Assembly: GCA_021613535.1 (NCBI GenBank)
Contig: CP075495.1
Location: forward strand, 8,370,001 to 8,434,000
Length of the DNA: 64,000 bases
Reading direction: 5' to 3'
DNA from: Adineta vaga
Taxonomy: Eukaryota > Animalia > Rotifera
A program made the position numbers and the translations under genes. Shown piece by piece: positions 39,746 through 53,520 of this stretch. Below the pieces are notes generated by a model, which was not told the DNA's origin, ran no database searches, and was given only the letters and a program-made list of their open reading frames with translations. How positions within the stretch are numbered: the first letter of the stretch is position 1; the number at the start of each line of letters is the position of its first letter.

Positions 39746-41218
39746 TTATTTTGCTTTAGATGCAGCTTTTTGTTCTTTAAGAATGGGTGGTGGAGGCGGA
39801 ATAACAGTTGTTGTTGCTGCTGTTGTAGGTGCTGAGCCTTTTTCTGCTTGGACAATACTTGGTGATATTGATGAACGAATTAAACGTTGTTTTGGATTTG
39901 AAAGCGGTGTTGTTTCTTTATCTTTTCTTGAACTACTTGGCGATCTTGATGCTCTTACTACTTGTTGTTTAATTAGAGCAGGAGGCACAGGAGGAGCTGG
40001 TGGTATACATGTTGGTACAGATGCTTGAACAGATGGAACAGGTGGTACTGAATCTTTTTCATTAGTTAGAACACTTGGCGATTTCGATGATTTTTCTGAA
40101 TGATGTTTTGAATGTGATAATGGTGTTGGTTCTTTTGAGTTTTGTCGACGATGATATTGACAATGATAATGATGATGATGATGATGTTTAGATTTATGTC
40201 TTTCATCAGATCTATGCCGATGATGTTGACGATGAGAACTTGTATGTGGTGTAGGTGAATTTGTTCGACGACGATATACATGCGGTGATTTATGACGCTG
40301 ATGTTTATCAGATTCTGTTTCTTTTGATTTATTAAAATTAGCGATACCAGGATGTTTTTGTAATTGTCGCCGTGCTTCTTTTAAATGTGTGTAGTTTTCT
40401 AATAAATTTGTATCAATGCTAATCAGATAATTGATTGTACTATAAACTATCAGATCTGCTAATGATATATGTGAACCTAGATAGAATGGGCCATGACGAT
40501 CAAATACAGTATAAAGCTCTTCAAATTGTTTTAAATAATTTGATGCTAATTCAACTATTGATTGTTGTAGCGTTTGATCTTCTGTAGAAGCAGAAGAATC
40601 TGTTCGTTCAGAGATTTTTTCTTGTAATTGTCGAGCAATTTCAGTAACTATGTCAACAATAGCATGATCATGTTTACCTGTACCATATAAATGAAATTCC
40701 CGTGCTAAATAACGTACAATGGCATGTAAATGAAAGATTCGAAATTGATTATTTACACGCAAAATGGGTAATTGCTGAAACGGTATTTGTTCTTTTATAT
40801 GCATCCAATCCTCTGATTTCAAATGTTTATCTTTGTAAGATACGCCAACAAATGCAAATATTAATCGAATAATATCACTTTGTGTACTTGTAATTAGATC
40901 GTATAATTTGAATGAATTATTATTTTCATTAGTTTGTTGACTAATCGGTCGTTGTTGATTTTGCGATGATTTCTGTTGTTGCGGCTGTAGTTGTTGTTGT
41001 TGTTGTTGAGGCGGTGGCTGATACTGCTGCTGCTGTTGTTGTTGCTGTTGAGAAGGTGGTGCTTTTTGTGGTTCAGATTTTGGTCTTGGATGTAGATATG
41101 GTGAATTGTAATAGTGTGGAATTGGAGGCGAAGTAATGCCATAATTATTTGGTAGTCCAGAATAAGGCGCGGGTCCATATGGTGATGGATAGAAATTGAT
41201 ACCATTGTTCATGATCAT
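39746..41218 (-). CDS. Sigma-class-like glutathione S-transferase fold flanked by low-complexity extensions; intronless, 490 aa
   Basis: IIRLIFAFVGVSYKD, IPFQQLPIL, AIVRYLAREFHLYG and FYLGSHISLADL. P/Y and polyQ N-terminus; H/R/S/P-rich C-terminus. Confidence 0.85.
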   Translation of the reverse strand: MIMNNGINFYPSPYGPAPYSGLPNNYGITSPPIPHYYNSPYLHPRPKSEPQKAPPSQQQQQQQQQYQPPPQQQQQQLQPQQQKSSQNQQRPISQQTNENNNSFKLYDLITSTQSDIIRLIFAFVGVSYKDKHLKSEDWMHIKEQIPFQQLPILRVNNQFRIFHLHAIVRYLAREFHLYGTGKHDHAIVDIVTEIARQLQEKISERTDSSASTEDQTLQQSIVELASNYLKQFEELYTVFDRHGPFYLGSHISLADLIVYSTINYLISIDTNLLENYTHLKEARRQLQKHPGIANFNKSKETESDKHQRHKSPHVYRRRTNSPTPHTSSHRQHHRHRSDERHKSKHHHHHHYHCQYHRRQNSKEPTPLSHSKHHSEKSSKSPSVLTNEKDSVPPVPSVQASVPTCIPPAPPVPPALIKQQVVRASRSPSSSRKDKETTPLSNPKQRLIRSSISPSIVQAEKGSAPTTAATTTVIPPPPPILKEQKAASKAK

Positions 41219-41815
41219 CTTTCTACGCTCGAATATATGTAGATAGAACGGAAGTTGTGTTAATGTGTCGAGTTAGATCGATGATAATGATGATGTAAGA
41301 GTTTGCAAACGAAATGAATATATCAAAGCATCTATCAGTGAACCGTCCCTTTTTTTCAATATATATATATATATATATGCGCTGTATATGAAAGGTACAG
41401 TCACTAATAGATAGGTGATGATGAAGATCGATGACACGTACATATGTCGATGTATGTAATAAATTTTCAAATGATATCTGATTGATTGCAGTGAGAAAGT
41501 AAAAAAAAGACTATATCAGTGATAATAATGCATATCTGCAATTTTGATCAATTCGAATTTATAGATCTATCATTAATAAATGACTTTCAGAGGTGACTAT
41601 CATTAATAAAATAGTTTCGAACACATTTGGTCATCTTTCATTGCTATTCCTACAGAGAATGATTGTTCGATTGACATATTAGAATTTAAAAAGACTTCCT
41701 TTTTATTTAAGTTTTCTCCATATCATGACAAAGGGTTTACAAACAATCGGTATAGGAACAAGAGTACAATTCACACACATACATGCACAATGTAATACTA
41801 GAAAACAAATTTGAA

Positions 41816-44800
41816 TCAATGTATTCGTGAAAGTTCTTCAATGATTTTGACTAGTTCTTCAACAGTTATATTCGATTGATTCTGATTGTCTTCATTCTAA
41901 ATATGAACAAATCAATAGTGATTTCAATAAATAAAATGAATGAAAAACATACATGTAAATCTTTGATTAGTTCAACTTGAACTATTTTCGGTAAGTCAAG
42001 GTACAATTCAATTAGATCACCATCAATAAAACCAGAAGAACTATTTGAATATCTGTCAATTTTCAATGAACGCCACACATTATAATCAATTTTACCAACA
42101 CTTGGTATATGTCGAGCAAGGACTTTTTCTAATGACAGTAGTAATAAATATAATGATGATGATAGCTGAAGAACAAGACCAATGTAACCAGATATTGCAC
42201 CCATTAATGTGCATGTTTCAAAAGAAATAGACGATTCAGTTGTTTGTTGTGTAACAAGATGACCTAAATAAAGATCATTGATTTAGTCATAGCTCATATG
42301 ACATCGAATCGTGACGAAACTTTGCTTGCTATGAATCATTTCTTTTTTCGTTACAATTTATAACTTGTTATTTTATGAAATCATTAGAATAGTTCAAGTT
42401 TCTTTTTCTCTATATAGATGTATCGCAGATTCATGACCATGACATGAAAAATTAACCTTTACTAATAGTTTACGTCGTATAGAAAAAGAAACGTGCATAT
42501 TTACCATGTCGAAATACGTTAATCTCTTCTCCTAAATGGAATTGTCCAAATTGATTTAACATATTTCTTTCTAATTCTTTCGTTGCATCACTATTCTTAT
42601 GGTATGATATTAAATTTCCACAACTTTCTGCACAAATGAAAGTATCATCATCAATAAATTGACAGGCGGTAGTCAATTGTGGATAGACATTATGAGCAAT
42701 CTAGATATTAATTGATGAAAATTAAAGAGAAAGTGTTAATAAGAAAGTAACTACTTCTTCAAATATATGTTCATCAGTCTTGTAGCGAAGAACAGTCATT
42801 GAACCTAATAGATCATTAAATAAAATAAAATCATCTTTGACTTTTAATTCTAAACATTCAACACGAGCAATATAAGATTTCGATAATTGAGTTAATTCAG
42901 ATTTTTGTGAGGAATATTCAAATAATTGAATCTAAATTTAGATATTAAAAAAGACAATTTATATACATCACAGAAAAATGAAGTTTTCTTACAGAATTGT
43001 CAATGGCAACAAGTAATCTTCCTTGAAATGGTACAATTCGATGTGGTATGCCATTCACTTCTTTCTCCGTAATTATTGTCAATTGATTATCTTTATAACG
43101 AAATAGAATCAATCGACCAAGTCTTTGTCCATCCTCATCATCATTGTCATCATTTTCTGAGATAAATGTAGTACCAATTACAATATATGATGTTGGAAGA
43201 TCATCCGTAAAGATTGTCGTACATAAACTTATTGCTTCTTCACCGTTCAATAGTTTCATCGAGATACGAGCTAAAACATGATTTGATATATGATATATTT
43301 TGCAAACGAGACAACTCGAAGTTCAAAACGACATTTTCTTCTATCAAACTCAGTGTCATAAGACATACATATCTTTCGTTTAAACTCTAGACAAGAATAC
43401 CTTCATGTGTAAGTTGATCTAAAATTACAATTGAACTACAAATATTATTGCATTGTTGATGTGCCATATCTTCAATTGTTTTTATTTTCGTTGTACAATC
43501 GATTTTTTTATGTGTTTGTTTACTAATCGATACAATACTATCGGTTTGACATTCACCATTCGATTGAGTTAAAATAACATAAACTTTTTCTTCATCCATA
43601 AACGTAATACGTCGTGCAGATTCACCTAATCCTAATGAACGTATATGTAACTTTTGTATATCATCAATTCGACCAAGTATAACACCCATATCAGTAACTA
43701 ACGTTAAACATGCTCCATATAATTCCGAATTAAATGAACACATACAAACAATTTCACGTAAATTAACAGATGAAAAAATAAGTTTATTATTAACTGTAGA
43801 TATTACTGATGGATGATCACTACAAGCAAAGAGAACCGTCCGTGAATGATTCATTATCGAAGATAAATCTGGATGTTGACAAATTGTTAATGTCGTTGGT
43901 TTTGTACCTAAGGAGACTTTTTTACGATCAAATAATATACCTTGTTCAGGATTAAGTAAATAATATAGAATAGGACCATCAGCTAAGGAAATAAATACAT
44001 ATGGTTGAGAATCAAATGTTATCATTACAACAGATCGTGGTAATGAATCTAATAGAAAGAAAAATCAAATTTAGAATTTGATTGAAAGAAAAAATATTTT
44101 ACCTGAAATAAGTGATTCTTTGTGCAGAATTTCAAGAGTCGGTAATCGACCTATCCAAATAGATATTTGTGTCCAAAGACCAATTACACAAAGATCAGTT
44201 CGTTCATCTTGAGAATTTAATGGTGTTATATCCAAACAAGCAATATTATATGGTAATTGACATTGACTAGACGAAATTATTATTTCCATTTTGAATTTCT
44301 TTTTCAATAATTTGATTTACCTGATTTGTGTTAGACTATGAAATCCAATTTCAAAATAAAACAATTCATTTCCACTAGCACATACACATTGTGTTGTATT
44401 TACCGATGCTACTGTGATTTCTTTATTTTCATTTCTCCATTCGATTACTAAATCATGACCATGATTACCAATTAAACGAATCGAATGAGTTGTTATCTAA
44501 TAAAATAAACGTAACTATTTTTTCTTGACAAAAGAAGAATTTCGTGATTTTACTTGTAAATATTGATTGGATATGACATTTGTACAAAATAATGTCTGAT
44601 GTTGAAAATCAAAAGCAACTAATTCGATTTCTTCAATTTCGTCATTTTGTAATTGAAATAATCTATTTGAAAGACAAGAAAGTAGTAGAAAAGATAGAAC
44701 ATAAATGAAATTGACCTTGTTTGATCGAAGAATGCAACAACAAGATGATTATCATATTGATTATTAATTTTTAATGGCCAAATACCTTGAAAAAAAACAA

Positions 44801-46633
44801 AAGATATTTTCAATAAACAATAAATGAATGAGAACCTTTAATATTTCGTAAATCAATAACTGCATGTTCATGAATTCCAATTCCTGTTCGAATAAAACGT
44901 AATGTTGAATCTTTTCTACAACCTGAGCATGTAACTAACTACAATAAATCATTTCGATTAATTCCTGATAATTTTTGTTTTGTCTTTCTTACTTGACGAT
45001 TTTGTCGATCAAGATCAACAAAACACATATCAAGAATCGGTCCAAGATTTGTATACGATTCAAGTACTTCGAAATAACTACCATTCTGTTGTTGTTGTTG
45101 TTCAGGAAGAAGCTGAAGTATTGAATAGATAAATTCAATTTAAGAAAAGACAACAACTGTATAATACTCGAATTAGTTGACTATCACCCAAATGTGAACC
45201 AATAAAAACAACACTATTATCAATGTACGTCAAATATCGACTAATGGATACTTCACCGAGAAAATTTAACTGAAACATTGAAATGTAAAAAGAATCGATA
45301 GATTAATTGCTAAAATTTCTTTTGTTTACTTTCATATCAGATATTGTTGATAAGCTTTCATTTTGTTTTTTATGTTCAAGAACGAGTAAATAAAGTTTTC
45401 CACTATCATCAAGTAACAAGTATCGATAACAATGATCAATGCAACAATAACTAATGATTGATGATGTTTCCTAAAGAATTCACAAAATAAAGTTATATCA
45501 ATTGAATTTCCATACACATAAATATAAAAGTCGATTGGTGAGTATTCTTACTTGTAAGAGAGGTAATTTCATTTGTAATTTTGTCTCGTTTTCTCTAAAT
45601 ATTACAATAAAATTTCGACCGAGAACAATACAGGTGATATTGTTTTGTCCAACTAAATATTAAGATAGATTAGCAATGAGTAATTAACTTTATTAATTCA
45701 CCTGAAATAAGAAATAATGCTTTTGATAATGTCAACTTTTCTTTCCAAGAAAGTCGTTTTGTATCACGTTCTTTTAATTCGATTTCATACGTTTGTAAAT
45801 AGTATTCTTCTGGTTCATTTCCATTTATAAAATAAAATTCTGATTTTCTCTAATTGATAGAAAAAGCAAATTATAATGAAAAAAGAAATCAAAACAAAGA
45901 TATTACTGAATGTAAAATAATGAATGTTGGTCTTTGATGATCGAATAGAAATTGAATATCGATTATATTCTGTTCGTCAATTCTAAAGCACAATAATTTC
46001 GTATCGATTAATGAAGAAGATTTGAACATACTTTATATTAAAAGTTTCAAAATTTTTAGAAGAAGATTCATTAGAAGCGAAATCTTTTACAAAGATCACT
46101 TTGAGAATTCCTTCTAAAATATGTAATAGAATAAGACCATGTTTAGTATCAATTGTACAAAATGGTGAATGAGTTGAAACTTTGCCAGTGTCCTAAATCA
46201 ATGTGTGTTAAGTTTTATAAAAAAATTTATCATTCAAATTCCTACCTCTAGTAAACCATGACATTTCGTTAATATTTCATATGGTTCATTATCAGTTTTT
46301 TGACAATCCAGTATCATTCCATGACATTTTTCTGTTAGAATAAATAGAACATCTTTGTTCATACACTAATTGAATAAAAACAATATAAATCAGTTGTTAA
46401 ATATTCAAAATTTTCATTACAGGTAAACGAAAACATTTGAGAATTTTGATTCTTCCATATATACAAACATCTTTGACTAGCTTTAAACCATCGGATCCAA
46501 TAATATAGATTTCAAAATGTGTATTTTTAGCAACAATCAAATTCAATTCAATTGATGATGTGAAATAACCTGTAGCTAATGCTGTTATTTCAGTAGGTTT
46601 TTGTACTGTTACCACGTAATTTGTTGCAGTCAT
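41816..46633 (-). CDS. DDB1: DNA damage-binding protein 1 (CUL4 adaptor), multi-exon, divergent
   Basis: [74 protein letters not shown]; ends IIEELSRIH*. Confidence 0.93.
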
Positions 46634-46881
46634 CTTCAAAATAAAAAATCTAATATTTTCGTCTAATTTTTGCCCCGGTCGGAACACATGCGTTAAAATC
46701 CATAGGATAGGAAATACATGACATCTAGTTTTGATTGGTACTCACATATTAGCCAATGACAAAGGATAGTAAGATGCCACTAATGTTATTCAGGTTGCTT
46801 AGATACGTTTATAAAGTAATCACTTGTAATGGTCTGTAACATAGTTTAGTTTTTGTTACGATTAAATCTTGAAAGAAAAAC
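46634..46881. promoter_or_regulatory. Bidirectional promoter with opposed CCAAT boxes and an RFX X-box-like motif
   Basis: About 250 bp between divergent ATGs. GATTGG near 46734, AGCCAAT near 46751, and GTTGCTTAGATAC at 46794-46806. Confidence 0.55.
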
Positions 46882-48533
46882 ATGGCATCAAGTACCATAC
46901 CAACACATTATCCTCAATTGGTCGACCCAACACGAACACCACTTGCATTTCTTAATCGAGCTGTTCCTCGTCTAGTAAGCATGAAAAATGACTTCGATAT
47001 CCGTGTCGTCAAGTAGCCATAAGCCTTCAATTAGAAATCAGATTTCATTCTGAACAAAGGATTGTTTCAATGTAACTTTTGACGATGAAATATTTAACAG
47101 AGCAAAGCTATTTATTTGAATTTTCAATACAAAACATCTTTTAGAATCGAGAACTCAAAAGCGAAGATCTTCTCTTACGTCAACGCGCAGTACGATCATT
47201 ATGTGATTATCTTCATGATCCTGAACATATAGTACCATGTCTAGAAGAAGGTTCGCTATATTTATAAACGAATCATTTTATCTTTACTTTCTTTATTATA
47301 TTTCAGATATTCCAGCAACTTTACTTGCATTATTAAAGGACAAAGATCAGTTCTGTCGGTTAAAAGCTGCTGAATGTTATTATGTTATTGCAAGTAAAGA
47401 GTCTCGAAAATCGTGAACCAACCTTTTCTGTATCATTCGTATTTTTAGGCCATGCTATCGGTCGTCAAGCGATGCTTGCCTGTCATGTTATTCCACGTTT
47501 AGCTGATCTATTTAACGATAAAGAAGCATCAGTAAGACGAAATGCTCATAAAGCTGTATCGATGTACAGCGAAGCACCACCTGGTAGAGAAGTCCATAGA
47601 ATCAAATAGATATGAATAAAATGTCGATTACTTTTTATGTTTAGGAGCACAAAATCTAATTGAACTTCGTCTAGTTGATACATTGCTAAAAAAATTAGTT
47701 ACTGAACTTGATGAAATCAAAGTATGAAAATAATTCATTTGTTGATTCGTAAAATTTTGATTCTATTCACAGGAATTGATTTTAAATACAATACATTTCT
47801 GTTTAATATGTGATGTTGAACAAGCATTGACATCGGATGCAATGACAATATTAACATCATTACTTGAACATCCATCTGATAAAATAAAAACACTTGCCGC
47901 TCTAACAATATTTCATTTAAGGTTTGAAAATAAAATAATTTTCAATTCTTAATTCCTAATTCAATTGAATATTAATTGCTTTTAGTGTTTCATTGAAAGG
48001 CAAAGAACGTGCCGTTGAAATTGGTACAGTCGATCGATTAGTTAAATTACTTGATGCAAAAGATGATGGATTGAAAAGTAAAACAGCTCTTGCTCTTTCC
48101 GTGTATGTTCTTCTTCTTCTTAATTTTGACAAAGTCTGATAAAATAATCTTTATTGTTTTCTCCTAGCATTTGTATTATTACACCAGGAAAATATTGTAC
48201 AATCAAAGCTGGTGCAATACCAAAACTTTTAGCCCTACTTGAAACTGAATCAACAGAATTAATTGTCAATGCACTCAAAGTAAAACTTCTTTATTTGATT
48301 GATAAAATTCATGAACAAGAATTTATTTAGGCTATAACATGTGTTGCTGAAGCACCAGAAGGAAGAAAACAATTTCTTGAATCTGTTGATCGAGTAAAAG
48401 AGAGTTTATTTTTATATTTTCAGAATACATGATTTGATATTTTTTTTAGATTGATCAATATGTTAATCATCGATTACCAAATATTGCAAAACATGCACAA
48501 ATTGCCGCGAAAGTTATCAAATGGAAGCCTTGA
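46882..48533 (+). CDS. RSPH14: Radial spoke head 14 homolog (armadillo repeats), multi-exon
   Basis: AFLNRAVPRL|NRELKSEDLLLRQRAVRSLCDYLHDPEHI, AITCVAEAPEGRK; ends VIKWKP*. Confidence 0.88.
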
Positions 48534-50051
48534 ATGAAATGAGAACTATTTTACCAATTTATTCATTTGATTATTTTTTTTCTTGTCCCTTTTTTTAATA
48601 AATAATAAATAATGTCACATATATATTCCATCGTCATCGATGAAATTTTTTATAAATAATCACACTAATGAATTATAACAAAAAAAACAAGGAGAAGTTG
48701 TTATTATCATGTAAACGAATCTATTAAACACTTCAGTCAAAACGACTCTATTTTGTTATCATCATCTTATTTCTTCACACCTAGAACTTATATTCTTCCA
48801 TCATTTATTGATTGGTTTCAATAAGCAACAAAATCTATAGTCAATTCATGATTATCAAAGACACCTTCGAGGCATTATGAACGAATGAATCGAATAAGAA
48901 AACAAATTCTCTCTATTTGAAATGTCTATTTATATCGAACTTCATCTACCGGCTATATAGATTTGTTTGATGCAGTGCTTCAGTTTTTTTCGTCTTTTTT
49001 TTCTATAACAAGTAATGATCCGTTCCCATCCGATACACTTTCTACGGTATCAGATTGAATAAAATATAATAAAACAAGAGAAAAATCACAAAAATAACTT
49101 ACGAGACACGTTCGTTGATTGAGAAATGTCTTCTTAAGATGGCACGTGAACTTTCTTTGATCTCTGATTTTCACAGAGAATAAAATAAAATAAAATAAAA
49201 TACAAAGAAAGAAAGAAAGGTAATCAGTCATCAATTCTAATCGCTGCTCTTGACCACTAACAAACAAAAATGTCTTCATTGATTCACATCTTATCATAAA
49301 AGCGTCATTTAAAGCAATGTCTATACACTTGACTATATTCACATATTTATCAACGAAGATTTTAGTGGCAAAAAACAATTAGAAATATAAATACGGATTT
49401 CACAAATGATAGCATTCGTGTAATAAAATATGTTTTCTCTATTTCATTTTACGTTATCCTCGAGTTTAATCAAGCGTCAATGACGTAAAAAAGACGATGA
49501 AATACTTAAGCTAGAAAAGATCGTTATCTTTATGAGTAATGATAGAAAAATGAAAATAGACTATATATGTGTCAATGACACAACAAGTAATGCAAAGGGA
49601 GAGAGAGAGAGACCAAGAGAAGAAAAAGTATTCAAACAAGTTGATTCTTATTCGTCTGATGGAATAAGGATGAAGGAGACAAAATCAGTATTTGCTCACA
49701 CTTTTTGAGGATGCTGTGTATACAGTTATTGATTGCCTTTTCTTCTTTTCTTACTTTCACCTGTATATAACGTCGTCAACCAGTCATTATTTCTTTTTTT
49801 TTCTCTTTCTCCGCAGGCTTTTTCATTCGTCCAATTGCTCCTGTCGTCATAGACTTTTTTCTTATTGGCTTGAAATGTTACATTTCGATAACGTAAAACA
49901 AATACGTATACTTTAGAGAAGGGAGAGAAAAGAAGAAAAAAGCGCGACAAACAACCGAGGTGAAGCGTGAAGCTCTTGCACACTTGACAAAGCGAATATA
50001 TCGACAGATTTATACATACATACCTACACAGACACACACATACCTACACAC

Positions 50052-53000
50052 ATGCGTATGGGTTTTCGACCTCTTGTTAATTTATCAGCACCACTCAGTG
50101 GAAATATGAATTCAATCTTTTCAACAACAACACGATCATTTGTTAATCCATTTCTTAATCAATCATCGTATTCGGTTGATAATAATCATCCACAACAACA
50201 ACATAAAGATGATGATCAAATCAATGATGATAATGATGATCCTGATCTTAAAGTTGAATTAGAAAATAAACAACTATGGGATGCTTTTCATACACATGGT
50301 ACAGAGATGGTATGAACTAAACTATTTTCTCATATCATTGTTTTATTGTCTAAATTGTTGTTTTTTTTGTCATATAGGTTATTACCAAAAGTGGCCGGTA
50401 GAAAAGTTTCATCTTTATCAAACCAATTTAAAAACTTGTCCTTTTCATTTAGACGAATCTTTCCAGCTTTTAAAGTAAAAGTAACTGGTTTGAATCCACA
50501 AGCCAAATATGTTTTTTTGATGGACATTCAAGCTGCTGATTCTCATCGATACAAATTTCACAATTCAAAATGGATGATTGCTGGCAATGCTGATCCTGAA
50601 ATGTCTAAACGTCTCTATGTCCATCCTGATTCACCAGCAACAGGTTTGCTAACAAATATATTTTTGTTTCATAAATTCTTATTGAAAAAAACAACTGAAA
50701 TTATCTAGGTGAACAATGGATGTCAAAATCGGTTTCATTTCATAAATTGAAATTAACCAATAACCTTTCTGATAAAAATTCTTATGTAAGTAAAAGTTCT
50801 TTCATATATATATATATATATATTAAACGAAGAAGAAGGCAATCTGTTCATTAATCATCATATTTGATATTCGTTTTTCTCCATCCATTATCATTTACTC
50901 AAAAGTAATAAACAAGTTAATGTTTTGTTTCGATCAGTTTATTTGATATCGTCGCCGTATGTTTGTCTATCTTGACAATCGATCGTTACTATATTTCACC
51001 TTAAAGATTCTCTTTATGAATCTAATGAGCCATAGAGAATGCATAGGAAAAAAAAGAGCGAGCGAATAAAGAACTGTTCTTCCAACTAAGTACGAAAGAA
51101 AGAAAGAAAAAACGAAACCTCCCCATTCATCTAACATCAATTTGAGAAATTGATTTGTTTGCTTGTCATAAAATGTGTTGATAAAGGAGATTTCTTATTT
51201 GACGTTTTCTTTTTTTACCTACTAATAACACTCTATTAACAACACCCATCCAGGTGCAAGTCAAGTTTGCCTTTTTACGATGCCAGTGGCAGACAAGAAA
51301 GAATAAGAAAAAACGAAAGATGATTCATTTTGTCTTTAGACAATACTTAATTCAATGCATCGTTATCAACCACGATTACATATTGTTAAAACGAATGATT
51401 TAATTAAAATTCCCTGGTCACCAATCAAAACATTTATATTTAAAGAAACACAATTTATTGCTGTTACTGCTTATCAGAATGAAAAAGTAAGAAAATTTAT
51501 CATAAAACTATTTCGTCTTTCTTTTTCTCTTCTCTTCTCTTCTCTTATTTGATTTAATGTAATGATATGCTTCATAGATTACCCAATTGAAAATAGACAA
51601 TAATCCTTTTGCAAAAGGTTTTCGAGACAATGGAGCAGCAAGCAAGCGTGATAAAAGGTATGTGTGCATACTATACATATATATATATATATATATTTCG
51701 TTATTCTTTTTCATTCTTTTTTTCTCTCTCATTGAATAATGCACATATGAAAAGATCGGTTAGGTAGATCAACTTCGATTAGTATCCGTGTAAAAGCGAT
51801 ACATCACAGGTGTGCTTATGTAATCGTATACGTATATGTAAATAGATAGAGATGAATATGTACATGTATAGAAGAAACAAAATGAGTGAATACCGATAGT
51901 CTCCTTCCTTTCTCTCCTTCTCTCTAGTCATTTATATTATCTTTTGAAAGACAAAATAAAACCGAAAAATTCAAGTGGAGTTCATCAATTTTTTCCCTCT
52001 CTTTTGATCATCTATCACTTTTGCTTTTCTCGAGGCATTCAATCTCTCATCTCATTTACATTACTCTATCATAGATACACAATATATATCTCGATCAATA
52101 AAGTAGCTTCCTTCATTTGTCGTTTATCATCATTTGATATATATATATATACATATATTAAAAGGAAAGATGTGTATTTTGTTGTGATTTGAACGTGTGC
52201 GTGCGAATGTCTGATGTGTCACGTTCAATTTGCGATCTCACTCTCTGTCTGACTCTCTGATCGATCCGTCGTCCATTTATATCAATACATTTGTCTAGTG
52301 ACAAAAACCTGACTGTGATCACTTATTTTTCAATGTGTGATAATGGATGCAAATGGATAGAAAGAAATAAGAGACAATACACTTCTTTTCATACATATAT
52401 CTATATATATATTTTTCTTGTGTTTAAAATGATAAAACCAGATGCCTTTAAATGAACATGAAAAGAAAAAGAAGAAGAAGAAGCATTTCTTGCTTATTTG
52501 ATTTAAACGGACAGATTGATTTATAAATTCATTGGATTCCGAGTTCAAAATCAAAATGTTCTTAGTTTTCTACCAATCATTTGCAATTCATGAATATTTA
52601 TCTTAATGTTTAATCTAAAAATCATTTGACTATGTAATTATACTTGAATCTTGTCAAACATCAATTTTTTAGACGACTCAATTTTGATCTTTCTTCAAAT
52701 GCAACGTCATCATCATCATCAGCAACAACAACGACGACGACGACGACGACGATGACAGGACTTTTATTTGACAAACCTCCATTACCTCTCCTACACAATT
52801 ATCACTCCCTTGAGAATTCAACTGAGAAAAATGATGATTTTATTGATATTGAATCACACAATCAATATGAGAATGACTCTCTACATGTTAAACGTACACC
52901 GAGTTTATCATCACCAACATCGACTAGTACATGTTCACCAACAATGAGTCATCATCGACCATTTCCAATTATTTCACCGACTTATCCATATGATCATCGA

Positions 53001-53321
53001 CCATTGAAAAGATCGCGTTCACCTTCGACAACAGATGAAGAAACAAATAAACGAGTTTGTTCAAATAATATTCCTCGTCCAATTGTGAAAAATGATCTAC
53101 GAAATATCGAATCACTAATCGAACGAGTACCAGAAAAACCTATTTCAACACCTCCAACTATCTTTGATCCAAATTATCTTTATCTATTCTATATGGCACA
53201 ATTTCAAAATCATCAAAAACCACCATTATTACATCCACATGCTTTACAACGTTATTTCTTATATAATCAACAACAATTACAAAATTATTATCAATATTCT
53301 TCTATACCGAACACTAAATAA
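50052..53321 (+). CDS. tbx2/3: T-box transcription factor, Tbx2/3 (omb) subfamily, multi-exon
   Basis: [12 protein letters not shown]|[36 protein letters not shown]|[15 protein letters not shown]|[17 protein letters not shown]; last exon starts at about 52673. Confidence 0.93.
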
Positions 53322-53520
53322 GACATTTGTTAACATTGTTCATTTTTTTTGTATATATTTCTATTTTTTATCACTGTGTGCTAGCTTGATTTTGTTTTCT
53401 CTTCTTCCTCCTTTTGTTTTCTTTCTTGTCAGTGATTTTTGTGTTTTGCCTTTTTTTTTCTCAAATAAATAATATCGAGCGCAAATTGATATATTTTATT
53501 TGGTATTTATCGAATTCGAA

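Noticed and set aside
39732-40028. Gly-rich + strand ORF, and similar ORFs at 63389, 14408 and 14699
   Set aside because: Antisense or off-frame shadows of well-supported genes.
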